A DNA stretch of 64,000 nucleotides from a virus. Lineage: Duplodnaviria > Caudoviricetes. This document shows, one piece after another, positions 14,563 through 25,367 of the stretch (positions are counted from its first letter, which is position 1; every line of letters starts with the position of its first letter). Below the pieces are notes generated by a model that saw only the letters and a program-made list of their open reading frames with translations, was not told the origin of the DNA and searched no databases. A program made the translations under genes and the position numbers. Location of the stretch: positions 4,177-68,176 of the IMG/VR virus record IMGVR_UViG_3300021256_000100. One strand, written 5' to 3'.

Positions 14563-15870
14563 ATGAACCGCTTACAACTAAACTTTGCACTCCCCACGAA
14601 AGAAGAACGCGTTGAATTCGCCAGTCGCTATCTGGACACGATTCGCTTCCAACCTACCGAAGACGAACTCGACACGATCGCCAAATATATACTATGGGGA
14701 AAAGATCCAAAAACTGGCCTAAATGGCCGCCAGGAAGGCCTAGAGCTCGAAACCCGCTACAAAACATGGGACGCACAAAAAACAGAATCACTTGACGCCT
14801 TAATCGAAAATCCAAACTTTTCAGAGGCAATACTGCGGAGCCCCTCAAATCCTCCGTCAAAAATTCCTCGCGAAATCTTTTCTCGCTCCGAAGCTCGCCA
14901 AAACGCCCCTTCTCACATCCTCGAAGCTTTGGAAAGTCTTTGGCGCGAAATCGACGAAGCAGAACTCACCATAAACTTCTACGAACTCGCGCACGAAAAA
15001 CGCAAAACAGAACCTCGCGCACAACTTCTAAATCGTTTCTCTTCCCAAGAAATCGAAGTAATCAAACAATCATCCGCAAAACTTCAACCCTATGCCTATC
15101 TCAAATTAAAGCACAAACTCGTAGAATTGCGCCGTGAGCAATATAACTATAAGGATTCGTATAAAGAGCCCCATCTTTCTCAGCCAACTTTTAACTATAT
15201 AGAGAATTTGGGGCCGACCTTCGACACTGATATAAGTGTTTATCCCATAGGAATTTTTGCGCCGGGCGCCCTCTACGAAAAAATTTTTAATGAGGAGAGA
15301 TTCCCAGAGCCAAACGACTTTTCCGAAGAAGAACTAGTCCAACTTTCAAAAATTTTATGGACGCCAACAAATCAAAAAAACTTTTTTGATTTTTGTAATA
15401 GTGATCATTTGTACGAGCTTTTCGGAATGTGGGAAGATTTTAACGAACCAAACGATTCCCCATTTTCTAATATTGGATTCTTTATGCGCGCGGCCTCTAT
15501 GTATAAGAAGCTGGCGAATTTAGATCCGATTTTAGAGGACGTTTTTGAAATGAAGGTTAAGAAAATGCAAAATCAAGACATCGCAAACTTCATTAATAAG
15601 AAATATGGGAAGAAGTATCGCGCCAATTATATTTCTACTTTGTACTGTAAGAAGTGTTTGGGATCAATAGCAAAAGCTGCGAAAAGACATAGAGATGTTT
15701 TGGAAAATATATTTTTCCCTGAAAACTTTAAAAAGTGTAAAGATTGTGGGAAAGTTTTACTTGTAGATGAAGAAAATTTTGTTAGACGAGCAAGGTCTAA
15801 TGATGGATTTTCTCCGCGTTGCAAGAAATGTGAAAAGATTAAAAGGGAGAAAAAAAATGAAGTTAGATGA
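14563..15870 (+). CDS. Hypothetical protein with C-terminal HTH-like segment and Zn finger
   Basis: GAGG RBS before ATG 14563; CKDCG...CKKC. Confidence 0.65.
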   Translation: MNRLQLNFALPTKEERVEFASRYLDTIRFQPTEDELDTIAKYILWGKDPKTGLNGRQEGLELETRYKTWDAQKTESLDALIENPNFSEAILRSPSNPPSKIPREIFSRSEARQNAPSHILEALESLWREIDEAELTINFYELAHEKRKTEPRAQLLNRFSSQEIEVIKQSSAKLQPYAYLKLKHKLVELRREQYNYKDSYKEPHLSQPTFNYIENLGPTFDTDISVYPIGIFAPGALYEKIFNEERFPEPNDFSEEELVQLSKILWTPTNQKNFFDFCNSDHLYELFGMWEDFNEPNDSPFSNIGFFMRAASMYKKLANLDPILEDVFEMKVKKMQNQDIANFINKKYGKKYRANYISTLYCKKCLGSIAKAAKRHRDVLENIFFPENFKKCKDCGKVLLVDEENFVRRARSNDGFSPRCKKCEKIKREKKNEVR

Positions 15871-16144
15871 AAAGTTTATGAGAGAAATCTCTAGAATTAA
15901 AAGTCCTGAAATTTTTTTAGGTGTGGCAAAAGTTTTAGGGGTAGGGCTTTTAGGAGAAGAAAAAGACGAAAACGGAAAGTTTATACCCAAGGACTTTGTT
16001 GATATTTTTGGAGAGCTAATGGAAAAATATTCGGGCGCGCAGCGTCAAATTAAAAAGGAGTTATTGAACTTATTAGAAAAGGCTAATAGGAGTGGTGATA
16101 ATGGCAATAGTTCCAAAGATCCCAAAGAAAACCTCTCTAAATAA
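15857..16144 (+). CDS. Hypothetical protein
   Basis: GGGAG RBS; overlaps both neighbours. Confidence 0.6.
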   Translation: MKLDEKFMREISRIKSPEIFLGVAKVLGVGLLGEEKDENGKFIPKDFVDIFGELMEKYSGAQRQIKKELLNLLEKANRSGDNGNSSKDPKENLSK

Positions 16145-17084
16145 GGTTTGCGCCCAGTGCGGCGAGACCTTATTTGAAGGGGACTTTTCAAAGACTCACT
16201 CTATTTTTTACCCAGACGGACTTTTACCTATTTGTAATGATTGTATAGAGAAGTATTTGCGCGAGGCCGATTATGCCTGGGATGCAATAGATAAGGTTTG
16301 CCAATGGGCAGATATTCCTTTTATTGTAAAAGAGTGGACTCGATTAGAAGATTTAAATGGTAAAGGAAAAACTTGGGCAGTTTATGCAAGAGTTTTCGCG
16401 GCAGATATCTATCAATCGATAGGATGGGCAGACTACTTTAAGCAATATAAGAATTTGCGCGAAGTGGGTATGATAGAAGATGAGATACCTTTAGTTCATG
16501 AGCATAAATTGGCAGAATTACGAAAAGTTTGGGGAGGTAATTACTCCGAAGAAGAACTTTTCTATCTAGAGGACTTGTATAAGGGTTTATTAGTTACTCA
16601 AAACGTTAATGGCGCATTGCAGATTGATCAGGCCCGAAAATTGTGTAAGTTTTCTTTAGAGATTGATAGTAGAATTCGCGCAGGCGACAAAGATGTTGAT
16701 AAATTTCTATCTTCTTATGATAAGCTTGTAAAGATAGCTGAGTTTACACCTAAGAATACTAAAAATGCAGTTGATTTTGATTCTTTTGCGGAAGTAGGTA
16801 TGTGGCTAGAGAAACGAGGGCGCCAGAATAAGTTCTATGATAATACCACAAGAGATATTATTGATGAATCTTTAAAGAATATTGAGAACTATAATCAACG
16901 GTTATATATTAATGAGGGTGGCATTGGTGACGAAATTACACAAAGACTGCGCGCGTTGCAAGGAGCAGAAGAACTTGAAGAAAACGTATTCGATTTAAAG
17001 AAAGAATACGATTTAGATGAGTATGATAGTGCGGGATATGAAGTAGAAGAAGAATTTGATGTGGGGGCAGGAGATAATGAGTGA
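16101..17084 (+). CDS. Zn-finger protein upstream of TerL (possible terminase small subunit)
   Basis: CAQC...CNDC; position directly before TerL. Confidence 0.5.
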   Translation: MAIVPKIPKKTSLNKVCAQCGETLFEGDFSKTHSIFYPDGLLPICNDCIEKYLREADYAWDAIDKVCQWADIPFIVKEWTRLEDLNGKGKTWAVYARVFAADIYQSIGWADYFKQYKNLREVGMIEDEIPLVHEHKLAELRKVWGGNYSEEELFYLEDLYKGLLVTQNVNGALQIDQARKLCKFSLEIDSRIRAGDKDVDKFLSSYDKLVKIAEFTPKNTKNAVDFDSFAEVGMWLEKRGRQNKFYDNTTRDIIDESLKNIENYNQRLYINEGGIGDEITQRLRALQGAEELEENVFDLKKEYDLDEYDSAGYEVEEEFDVGAGDNE

Positions 17085-18882
17085 GCAAGAAATTATTAGA
17101 TTGCGCGAACCCTCTCCTACTCTTAACACAAGACAGAAAATATTTCGAGACGGTATAGAATTGGAAAAGGGTGTAGTAATTACACCCGATTGGCTAGAAA
17201 AGAATGAAGAGCTTTTATATGACTGTTGGCAAATTTTTTCTGCTTATCCTGATATTTATTTGGATACTATTAAACCGAAAGATTCTAATTTTGAACTTTT
17301 CCCTTATCAAAGAATTTTTCTGCGCGCGTGCATGCGTTATACCACGATCTATATAACTGCGGCGCGAGCTACCTCTAAGACTTTTTTATCTATACTAGCC
17401 AAATATCTTCAATGTATGTTTGTCCCTGGGCATATCGGCTCTATCGTAGCGCCCAACAAAAATCAGGCCGCGAAGATTTCCAAACAAAAAATAGAAGAGA
17501 TTTGGCGTATTTGGCCTCTTTTAAAGAATGAATTAGAAGTTTATCAAGGCGGCCCGCATGCTAATTTTGGTAAAGATTATTGCGACCTTTTCTTTAAGAA
17601 TGGAAGTAGACTTTCTATTGTTGGCGCGTTAGATTCTGATCGTGGTCTTCGTACACATGCGACGCTTATAGATGAAACTCGCGACCAGGACGGCGACATG
17701 ATTAGTGAAGTAGTTTTACCTCAGATGAACGTTTCGCGTCGTATGGCTAATGGTTTAGTTAATCCTTATGAGAATATTAATACACAGGTCATTTATGCGA
17801 CTTCTGCTGGCATGAAATCTTCTTTTGCGTACGAGGCGCTTATTGATACTTTTGAAAAGGCTATTATTGACCCAAAGCATAATTTTTGCATAGGCCTGGA
17901 TTATCGTATTCCAGTTCTTCATGGGCTTATCGATGCGAAATACGTGCGAAATTTAAAGCTTTCTCCTTCTTATAATGAGTTGACATTTGCTAGCGAGTAT
18001 ATGGGGGTTTGGCAAGGTGGCTCTGACGAGTCTTGGTTCAATTTTGAGAAGCTTTCTAAATATCGACGATTAAAAAATCCAGAATGGAAGCAAAAATTTG
18101 TAGGGGATCCGAAAATTTTTTACTTATTATCAGTGGACGTAGCTCGCGTTGTCGGCGGAGACCAGTCAGTTATTTGTGTTTTTAGAGTTAATGTGCGAGA
18201 TAATAAATATTATTCTACTTTGGTGAATATAGAAGTTTTAGGTAAAACAGACCAATCTAAAACTTTCGATCAGCAAACCATTGATATTAAAAAAAGCATA
18301 GAAAAATATCGTCCGAGAGAGGTCGTTATAGATATTAATGGCTTGGGACGAGGTATTGCAGATTTAATGATTCGAGAGCAAATAGATGAATTTGGGAATG
18401 TTTATCCTGCCTATGGCTTTTTTAATAATAGTGACTATAAAAAGATTCAGCCAAAAGATGCGCCATGTATTTTATATGGAATGATTGCTAATGGCGCGCT
18501 TAATTCTAAAATTCACGGAAATGCTTATACTAGGTTGAATAATGGCCTAGTTCGTTTTCTTATTACCGAACAGGAAGCCAGATCCGCGTTGCTAGCCACT
18601 AAAACCGGTGCGCGCATGCCTTTTGAAAAGCGCGTTAAGCGCTTGATGCCTCATGAGCTAACAACAAAGCTTTTTGACGAAATGGCGAACTTAAGGCTTA
18701 AAAGAACCGGTTTAGATATTACATTGGAGCAAATCAATTCTCGTTTTCCGAAAGATAAGTATTCTGCCTTTGCTTATGGTCAATGGCGAATAAAAGAGTT
18801 AGAGGAAGAAGCTTTTCGGCGTCAAAAGCGTTTTTCGGGTAATGGAGAACGTAGATTGATTTTCTATACAGGAGGAGTATAA
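17077..18882 (+). CDS. terL: Terminase large subunit
   Basis: Walker A-like AARATSKT, Walker B LIDE, RNase H-like SVDVAR; first gene of packaging block. Confidence 0.88.
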   Translation: MSEQEIIRLREPSPTLNTRQKIFRDGIELEKGVVITPDWLEKNEELLYDCWQIFSAYPDIYLDTIKPKDSNFELFPYQRIFLRACMRYTTIYITAARATSKTFLSILAKYLQCMFVPGHIGSIVAPNKNQAAKISKQKIEEIWRIWPLLKNELEVYQGGPHANFGKDYCDLFFKNGSRLSIVGALDSDRGLRTHATLIDETRDQDGDMISEVVLPQMNVSRRMANGLVNPYENINTQVIYATSAGMKSSFAYEALIDTFEKAIIDPKHNFCIGLDYRIPVLHGLIDAKYVRNLKLSPSYNELTFASEYMGVWQGGSDESWFNFEKLSKYRRLKNPEWKQKFVGDPKIFYLLSVDVARVVGGDQSVICVFRVNVRDNKYYSTLVNIEVLGKTDQSKTFDQQTIDIKKSIEKYRPREVVIDINGLGRGIADLMIREQIDEFGNVYPAYGFFNNSDYKKIQPKDAPCILYGMIANGALNSKIHGNAYTRLNNGLVRFLITEQEARSALLATKTGARMPFEKRVKRLMPHELTTKLFDEMANLRLKRTGLDITLEQINSRFPKDKYSAFAYGQWRIKELEEEAFRRQKRFSGNGERRLIFYTGGV

Positions 18883-18886
18883 GTTA

Positions 18887-20371
18887 ATGAAAGAAAGGCC
18901 AGTTGATTTAACAATCTTCCAAAAAATCCCTAATTTAGTGGTCGCAAAAAACGAAGATTCTTGGAATGACTTTTTCTTCAATAGACATCGTAGCAAAAGA
19001 AAAACATATACCCTACAAGAAATAGATAACATTTTAGAGGATTCTTCATTAACTTCTCAGCAAACTCTATCTCGTTATTATTATGAAAGAAATGGTCTTT
19101 ATAAAAAAATAATTCTTTATTATGCGTCTCTTTTGACTTATTCAAGTTTATTAATTCCTAATCCAAGTATTGGTAAACGACTCTCCTCTTCTTATATACA
19201 AAAGAGATATTTTTTAGCACTTAATTATTTAGAAAAGGCCAATTTAGTCGAATTAATGACAAGAATGACGCTGAGAACACTAATTGATGGTTGCTATTAT
19301 GGTATAATTCAGACTTTAGACAAAGATAATTTGGTATTATTCGATCTTCCTTCTGCATATGCTCGTTCCCGTTTCAGGGATATTTATGGAAATGATATTG
19401 TAGAATTTGATGTAACCTATTTTGATTCCATTACGGAGGAAAGCAGTCTTAAGCAAGCTTTAAAAATTTATCCCAAGGATGTATCAAACCACTATAATAA
19501 ATTTAAAAAAGGAAAGGTTAGCTCTCCTTGGGTGGCTTTATCATCAGACATTGGGGTGTGTTTTTCCTTCTTTGACGACTGTAGGCCAATTTTTCTAGAT
19601 ATCATTCCTGCGACAGTTCAATATGACGACGCTGTAGAAACTGAGCGAGAAAAGGAATTAGAAGAAATTAGAAAGATTATTGTTCAGAAAATCCCCCACT
19701 TATCGGATGGACAACTTTTGTTTGAACCAGAAGAGGCCCTTGAAATGCATCGAGGAGCCGTAAAAATGATGGGGGTAAATGCAAATCTTTCTGTTTTGAC
19801 CACTTATGCTGATGTAGACGCGATTGTGTCTAAGACTTCTGCAGATAATCTTTCTAACTCTCTTGAAAAAATGCTGCAGAACGTATATTCAGAGGCAGGA
19901 GTAAGTGGACAAATTTTTGCGCCGACCGGCTCACAAGCGCTAAGTACATCTATTAAGAATGATATTTCTGTTATGATGATTTTAGCGAACAAATATGCCC
20001 GCTTTATAGGGTATATTGTTAATACTCTTTTTTCTAATGCTAATATTAGTTTTAAGTTTATTATTTTGCCGGTAAGTTTGTATAATCAAAGCGACTATAT
20101 TTCTGATACTTTCAAATTAGCTCAAAGCGGATATAGTTATTTACAGGTAGCTGCCGCGGTAGGGTTAGGCCAGAACGAGTTAAGGAATATCAAATCTTTG
20201 GAAAATGATGTATTAAAATTAAGAGACATTTTAATCCCTCTTTCTTCTGCGTATACAGAATCAGCAGATGATTCTAAAGAGGTTGGCGCGCCAGAGAAGA
20301 AACTAGAGGAAAAAGCCGTCAAAACAATTCAAAATGAAGAATCATTAGATCGCCAAGGAGGCTCTGAATAA
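18887..20371 (+). CDS. Portal protein
   Basis: Size and position after TerL. Confidence 0.75.
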   Translation: MKERPVDLTIFQKIPNLVVAKNEDSWNDFFFNRHRSKRKTYTLQEIDNILEDSSLTSQQTLSRYYYERNGLYKKIILYYASLLTYSSLLIPNPSIGKRLSSSYIQKRYFLALNYLEKANLVELMTRMTLRTLIDGCYYGIIQTLDKDNLVLFDLPSAYARSRFRDIYGNDIVEFDVTYFDSITEESSLKQALKIYPKDVSNHYNKFKKGKVSSPWVALSSDIGVCFSFFDDCRPIFLDIIPATVQYDDAVETEREKELEEIRKIIVQKIPHLSDGQLLFEPEEALEMHRGAVKMMGVNANLSVLTTYADVDAIVSKTSADNLSNSLEKMLQNVYSEAGVSGQIFAPTGSQALSTSIKNDISVMMILANKYARFIGYIVNTLFSNANISFKFIILPVSLYNQSDYISDTFKLAQSGYSYLQVAAAVGLGQNELRNIKSLENDVLKLRDILIPLSSAYTESADDSKEVGAPEKKLEEKAVKTIQNEESLDRQGGSE

Positions 20372-21745
20372 ATGGATAAAAATATGTTGGAGTTTCCGAT
20401 CGAAATCTACGGACAGATAGAAAAAGTAAATGACGTTTTAACAAAAGCGAGATGTCGAATTTTTTATAAGTTGGGCAATAGAAACGGCACTTATATAACT
20501 GACGAATTCGCTGAGGAACTTATTTCTACTTTGCACTACGTTCCTGTTAAAGGAATCTATCAGGGAGATGACTTCACTGATCATGGCAATAGCAGAAGAG
20601 AAGGACGCATTTATGGTGTTGTCCCCGAAAACAATAATTTCGCCTGGGAAGAACATCTGGATGTGGACGGTGTAGAGCGACTTTATGCTTGCTCTGATGT
20701 ATATCTCTTTACCGCCCTTTATCCCGAGGCCTCTGAAATTGTTAGTAAGGGTCTTTCTATGGAGCTTTACGAGCCGTCACTGCAATATCATTTAGAGATA
20801 AAAGAGGGTATTAAATATGCTGTATTCGATCATGGTAGTTTCTTGGGATTACAAGTTCTAGGAGATGATGTCGAGCCATGCTTTGAGGGAGCTTCTTTCT
20901 TTTCTCTTCAAAAGGATATTGAGGATGCTGTTCGAAGGATTAAAGAATATAGCAATATAGGAGGAAAATCGGGAATGCCTAAAATAAACTTTAAGCTTTC
21001 TGATGACCAGAAACGTGAAGGTATTTGGACATTACTTAATGACGAATACACTGAAGAAGGTAATTGGACTGTAAGCTATGCTATTTGCGAAGTTTATGAC
21101 GATTATGTTCTTGCTTTAAATTACGGAACTGGTAATTTTGAAAGAGTTTATTATACGAAGAACGATGAAGAGGATTCTATTTCTCTTGGAGAAAAAGTCG
21201 TTGTTTATATTGTAGATGTTACTGAAAAAGAAAAGGGTACTTTAGAAACTCTGCGTCACCTTAATGGAGACAGTTATGAATTAGTTAATGAAAATTTAAC
21301 TAATGCTGATAAAAACGCGAGCGATTGTGCGGAATTTAGCACCAAAATTGAAGAGTTAAATGAAACAATCGTTACTTTAAATACAGAAGCAGAAAGCGCG
21401 CAAGCAAAGATCAGCGATATTCAACAGCAATATGATCTGGCTTCGCAACAAATTACTGCACTTTCTACAGAGAATGAAGCTTTAAAAGTTTATAAGAAAT
21501 CTATCGAAGACCAGTTAAAAGAGACTGTGGTAGCTGAGTATACTGACAAACTTTCCGAAGAGATCTTGGATACTTACCGTGATAAGTTTGATGAGTATAC
21601 AACAGAAGAATTGGATATGCATCTTGCTTATGAACTTAAAAAGTCAAATTCCTCTGTTTTCACTCAAACACCTAATAATGGAGTGCTTCCGAAAGATATG
21701 GGTCGCTCCGGTGTAGAAGAAATTTTAGCTCGTTATAAACGATAA
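20372..21745 (+). CDS. Prohead protease/scaffold fusion
   Basis: N-terminal protease-like domain (GLSMEL), acidic coiled-coil C-terminus, position before capsid genes. Confidence 0.68.
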   Translation: MDKNMLEFPIEIYGQIEKVNDVLTKARCRIFYKLGNRNGTYITDEFAEELISTLHYVPVKGIYQGDDFTDHGNSRREGRIYGVVPENNNFAWEEHLDVDGVERLYACSDVYLFTALYPEASEIVSKGLSMELYEPSLQYHLEIKEGIKYAVFDHGSFLGLQVLGDDVEPCFEGASFFSLQKDIEDAVRRIKEYSNIGGKSGMPKINFKLSDDQKREGIWTLLNDEYTEEGNWTVSYAICEVYDDYVLALNYGTGNFERVYYTKNDEEDSISLGEKVVVYIVDVTEKEKGTLETLRHLNGDSYELVNENLTNADKNASDCAEFSTKIEELNETIVTLNTEAESAQAKISDIQQQYDLASQQITALSTENEALKVYKKSIEDQLKETVVAEYTDKLSEEILDTYRDKFDEYTTEELDMHLAYELKKSNSSVFTQTPNNGVLPKDMGRSGVEEILARYKR

Positions 21746-21760
21746 TGGAGGTTACGTCAA

Positions 21761-22315
21761 ATGAGTGTCAAAAGAATGACTATTGACGGTTATGGTCAGA
21801 TTGAATTAAACAACTGCGCCTTCCGTCGTGACGGTCGTATCGAGGCACAGTGCGCCCCTGATACTACCGATTTTTCTACTGCTATGGTAGAAAATGGCAT
21901 GTTACTTGCGGTAGACAACGTAGCTCGCAAGGTTGCGTTCCCTACTGATGGTTCTTTGCCGATTGCTCTTACTTATAGCGCTGAACATATGTATGATGAA
22001 AGAAAACCTGGTCTGAAGAACTTTGCGCTTAAGGGTCAGGATGATTTCTATCCTCGTCTTGGTTATCTTGCTGTCGGCGACAAGTATACTACAAACTGCA
22101 TTAGTTATGATGATACCGAATGGGCTAATGACAGCGCCCTTGCTTCCGCTCTGGAGTCTTATGCTAGCACCGCGCTGTATGCTGGTATCGCTGAAGATGG
22201 TTCTCATAAGATTTCTGCTACTGCGCCTACTGTCGGACCGAAGCTGCGTGTTGTAGAATATACCACAATGCCTGATGGACAGCCGGCTGTTAAGCTGCAA
22301 GTCTATTCTTGCTAA
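21761..22315 (+). CDS. Head decoration/minor capsid protein
   Basis: High-expression codon bias; precedes major capsid gene. Confidence 0.55.
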   Translation: MSVKRMTIDGYGQIELNNCAFRRDGRIEAQCAPDTTDFSTAMVENGMLLAVDNVARKVAFPTDGSLPIALTYSAEHMYDERKPGLKNFALKGQDDFYPRLGYLAVGDKYTTNCISYDDTEWANDSALASALESYASTALYAGIAEDGSHKISATAPTVGPKLRVVEYTTMPDGQPAVKLQVYSC

Positions 22316-22330
22316 TAGGAGGGTAATAAC

Positions 22331-23404
22331 ATGACTATAAAAGAACTTAAAGAGATTGCCCTTCATGCTGCGAAGGGAACTGTTCCTGCTTGCTATGCAA
22401 ATCAGAATATTGATGTAAATGCTGCTTTTGTTGATGGTCTGGCTGAACTGGCTGGTTCCGTTAATCAGTTCATGAAGAATCGTTACGATATTTATGATAT
22501 TATCATAGAGACCGTTGACGAGATTATGCCTAAAGAGGTTATTGCTGCTCTGAGTCCGTTCGCGGAAGTTCAGATCGTTCCTCAGGGTCAGAAGGCTATG
22601 TTCAAGCGTCGTGTCGGTAGACAGCGCGCTAAGAAGTTCCTTACTCAGGTCGGTCTGTCTGGTGTTTATGAGACTTTCCGTCTTGATTCTGATACTTTTG
22701 AACTGGCTGCTCATGCTATTGGCGGCGGTGCTACCATCGACTTTGAGCGTATGCTTGACGGTGCCGAGTCCCTGGCTGAAGTTGTTCAGATTATTACTGA
22801 AGGTTTAACCGACGCTGTATTTATCGAAGTTCAGAAGGCGCTGCGTGCGGCACTGAATGTTTCTACTCGTCCTGCTGCCAATAAGCAGATTGTTAGTGGT
22901 TTTGATGCTGACAAGATGGTAGCTCTTATGAACGTTGTTCGTGCGTATGGTAACGGTGTTGTTATTTTTGCACCTCCGGAATTCGTTGCGGCCATGGGTG
23001 CGGACGCTATTGTTCCGATTACCTCTTATGGTAATCCGGCTGCGGCAGGTATCCAGGGTGTTTATTCTCCGGATGACATCGAAGCCATCCATAGAACTGG
23101 TTATATTAATATCTTCCGTGGCGCGCCGATCGTTCAGATTCCTCAGTCCTTTATTGATGAGACCAATACCAAGACTTGGATTGATCCTCAGATGGCCTAC
23201 ATTCTGCCTACAGGCCGTGAAAAGGTTGTTAAGGTTGTTCTTGAGGGTGCCACTCAAATTAAGGACCACGAGAACAAAGATAATTCCATGGAAGTTTATG
23301 CATGGAAGAAAATGGGTTGCGCTATCTTAACCCATTACGACTGGGGTATTTATCAGAATACTGCTATTACCCAGACTTATAATGGTACCCCATACGGTTT
23401 TTAA
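22331..23404 (+). CDS. Major capsid protein
   Basis: 357 aa, strongest codon bias, followed by terminator. Confidence 0.82.
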   Translation: MTIKELKEIALHAAKGTVPACYANQNIDVNAAFVDGLAELAGSVNQFMKNRYDIYDIIIETVDEIMPKEVIAALSPFAEVQIVPQGQKAMFKRRVGRQRAKKFLTQVGLSGVYETFRLDSDTFELAAHAIGGGATIDFERMLDGAESLAEVVQIITEGLTDAVFIEVQKALRAALNVSTRPAANKQIVSGFDADKMVALMNVVRAYGNGVVIFAPPEFVAAMGADAIVPITSYGNPAAAGIQGVYSPDDIEAIHRTGYINIFRGAPIVQIPQSFIDETNTKTWIDPQMAYILPTGREKVVKVVLEGATQIKDHENKDNSMEVYAWKKMGCAILTHYDWGIYQNTAITQTYNGTPYGF

Positions 23405-23413
23405 TTAATATAG

Positions 23414-23438
23414 GGGAGGAGTAACCCTCCTCCCTTTT
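23414..23438 (+). terminator. Rho-independent terminator
   Basis: GGGAGGAG/CTCCTCCC stem plus TTTT. Confidence 0.75.
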
Positions 23439-23467
23439 ACTTTTTACTAAAAGGAGTTAAAGGAGTA

Positions 23468-23947
23468 ATGAATAAAGACAAAGTTGTTGTTAAAAATATG
23501 ACAAATTCACCTGTTACTATTATGTCTCAAATGTTAAGCTTTAAGAGAGAAATCGCGCCAAAGGGTGCAGAAATTAGCATTGACAAAGAGATTTTTGAAC
23601 AGTTAATGTATGAATCCGGCATTCAATACATGATTAATAGCGGAATTCTTTATATAGAAGATATGGAAACCAAGAAAGAGCTTGGTATTGAACCCGAAGA
23701 CGCAGAAGAGCCAGTAAATATTATTGTACTGACTGACAAACAGCGTCGGCAGTATATGGTAAATTTGTCCCTCAAAGCCTTTAAAGAAAAGGTTGATCAA
23801 TTAAGCTATGAGCAGATTGAAGAGTTGGCTGATTATGCAATTGACAATAAGCTTATGGACTTTGATAAATGTGAGTATATTAGGGAGAAATGCGGCCGCG
23901 ATATTATCACTGCTATTCGCTTAAGCAGACAGAATAAGGAGGGTTAA
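23468..23947 (+). CDS. Virion morphogenesis hypothetical protein
   Basis: AAGGAG RBS, position in operon. Confidence 0.6.
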   Translation: MNKDKVVVKNMTNSPVTIMSQMLSFKREIAPKGAEISIDKEIFEQLMYESGIQYMINSGILYIEDMETKKELGIEPEDAEEPVNIIVLTDKQRRQYMVNLSLKAFKEKVDQLSYEQIEELADYAIDNKLMDFDKCEYIREKCGRDIITAIRLSRQNKEG

Positions 23948-23950
23948 TAA

Positions 23951-24373
23951 ATGACCTCTTTTGATGTTGTATATACCGCTTTCTTAAGTAAGATTTTGGA
24001 TGATGAGTGGGAATATTGGGATGAAGAAGAAGTGGAAAAAGATCTTTTTACGCTTCTCCAGGCCGCGATAATGAGGTTTAAATTCCCAAGAGTTTCTTTA
24101 GAATATACAGAAGAAGGTTTTAATGATAATCTAACTAATGACGAAGTACAGATTTTGGCTTCTTATATGAAGTGTGAATGGCTAAACAGAACTATTTTAA
24201 CATGGGAAAATGTTAAGCCGCTTTATGATGAGAGAGACTTTTCTCAAGCCAATCTTCTGGATAAGTTTAATGCAATGCTAAGTGCTGAACAAAAAAACGC
24301 TGCGAAATTGGAGGCGATTTATTACCGTTCTATAAATAAAACGCCTTTTCCATATCGCAATTTGGCGGGATAA
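23951..24373 (+). CDS. Putative head-tail adaptor
   Basis: Helical 140 aa after capsid genes (positional inference). Confidence 0.5.
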   Translation: MTSFDVVYTAFLSKILDDEWEYWDEEEVEKDLFTLLQAAIMRFKFPRVSLEYTEEGFNDNLTNDEVQILASYMKCEWLNRTILTWENVKPLYDERDFSQANLLDKFNAMLSAEQKNAAKLEAIYYRSINKTPFPYRNLAG

Positions 24374-24375
24374 AA

Positions 24376-24630
24376 ATGCTTGACGTTCAAGAAGGGTATA
24401 ATAATAGATTGAAGAATAAACTGTTCGGCCTACTTTGTGAATTTGAAAAAAATGGCGAGTGGGAACAGTTTTTGGATGCAATCATTATAGAGATTCAGGG
24501 TATACCTGAAGAAGACCGGACAATAAATTACTTAGCTCTTTGCAATAAAATTAATATGCTTCGTTATTTAAGATATGAATATTTCAGAAAAACCATCTTT
24601 GATTGTATGAGTCTATTATCAAAGGGGTAA
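24376..24630 (+). CDS. Hypothetical protein
   Basis: Tightly packed ORF. Confidence 0.6.
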   Translation: MLDVQEGYNNRLKNKLFGLLCEFEKNGEWEQFLDAIIIEIQGIPEEDRTINYLALCNKINMLRYLRYEYFRKTIFDCMSLLSKG

Positions 24631-24632
24631 AA

Positions 24633-25352
24633 ATGGAATATTATGATATTTATAAACAACGATTAAATAGATATGGTATAGATTATCAGTCTAGGATTCA
24701 GCACAAAAGAGAAAAGGAGTTTCGCCTTTATCTTTCTAAAAGTGTTTATAAAGTTAAAATTGAATATGGTGATAAAACCATTATAGGAAGTTTTGAACGA
24801 TATAAACAAGATGAAACAGAAACTTTCCACTATCTTTTGGTTAATACTTGGGTAACTTTCGAAAATGGAACTATCTTAGAGATACCAGATAAAGACGGTA
24901 TACCTAGACCCTGGATGGTCTATTGGCTTGAAAATATAAAAGCTAGTGGATACAATAGATATGTAATGTTAAAAATGAGTCACTTTTTAACATGGACTGC
25001 TAGGGATGGTTCCGCGCAGTCTTCTTGGGCGTATATGTACGGACAAGAAGATAATATGTTAAAAGACGAACTGAAGTCACGAAGCAGAATGGACACTCTT
25101 TATACAGAAAACTTAAAATCAAGTTTCTTTGTTTTGCCTCGTAATCAGTTTATAAAAAAAGATGATTATTTTATTATAGGCGAAGATCCTTTTCAGGAAT
25201 ACTATAGAGTAACAGGTTATGATATTCAGTCTTCTGATGGGGTTGAATATGTAACCGTTGACCCTGTTTACGAATACGACCTTAGCGCCGCCCCTACGAA
25301 AAAGGAAGGGGATAATGATGAGGATTTCTTTTGGCTGGAAAAGGGAAAGTAA
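24633..25352 (+). CDS. Putative head closure/neck protein
   Basis: Positional inference. Confidence 0.45.
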   Translation: MEYYDIYKQRLNRYGIDYQSRIQHKREKEFRLYLSKSVYKVKIEYGDKTIIGSFERYKQDETETFHYLLVNTWVTFENGTILEIPDKDGIPRPWMVYWLENIKASGYNRYVMLKMSHFLTWTARDGSAQSSWAYMYGQEDNMLKDELKSRSRMDTLYTENLKSSFFVLPRNQFIKKDDYFIIGEDPFQEYYRVTGYDIQSSDGVEYVTVDPVYEYDLSAAPTKKEGDNDEDFFWLEKGK

Positions 25353-25367
25353 AGGGGGTGAGGATCT

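Noticed and set aside
14500-15200. Local C-rich skew reversal inside coding DNA (also about 34270-34500 and 55480-55620)
   Set aside because: Noticed only by eye in short patches; cannot be separated from noise without a computed skew profile
21902-23269. Long antisense ORFs (21902-22714, 22805-23269; also 9970-10593, 5920-6294, 8518-9114)
   Set aside because: Shadows of strongly codon-biased genes on the other strand; no RBS or promoter support
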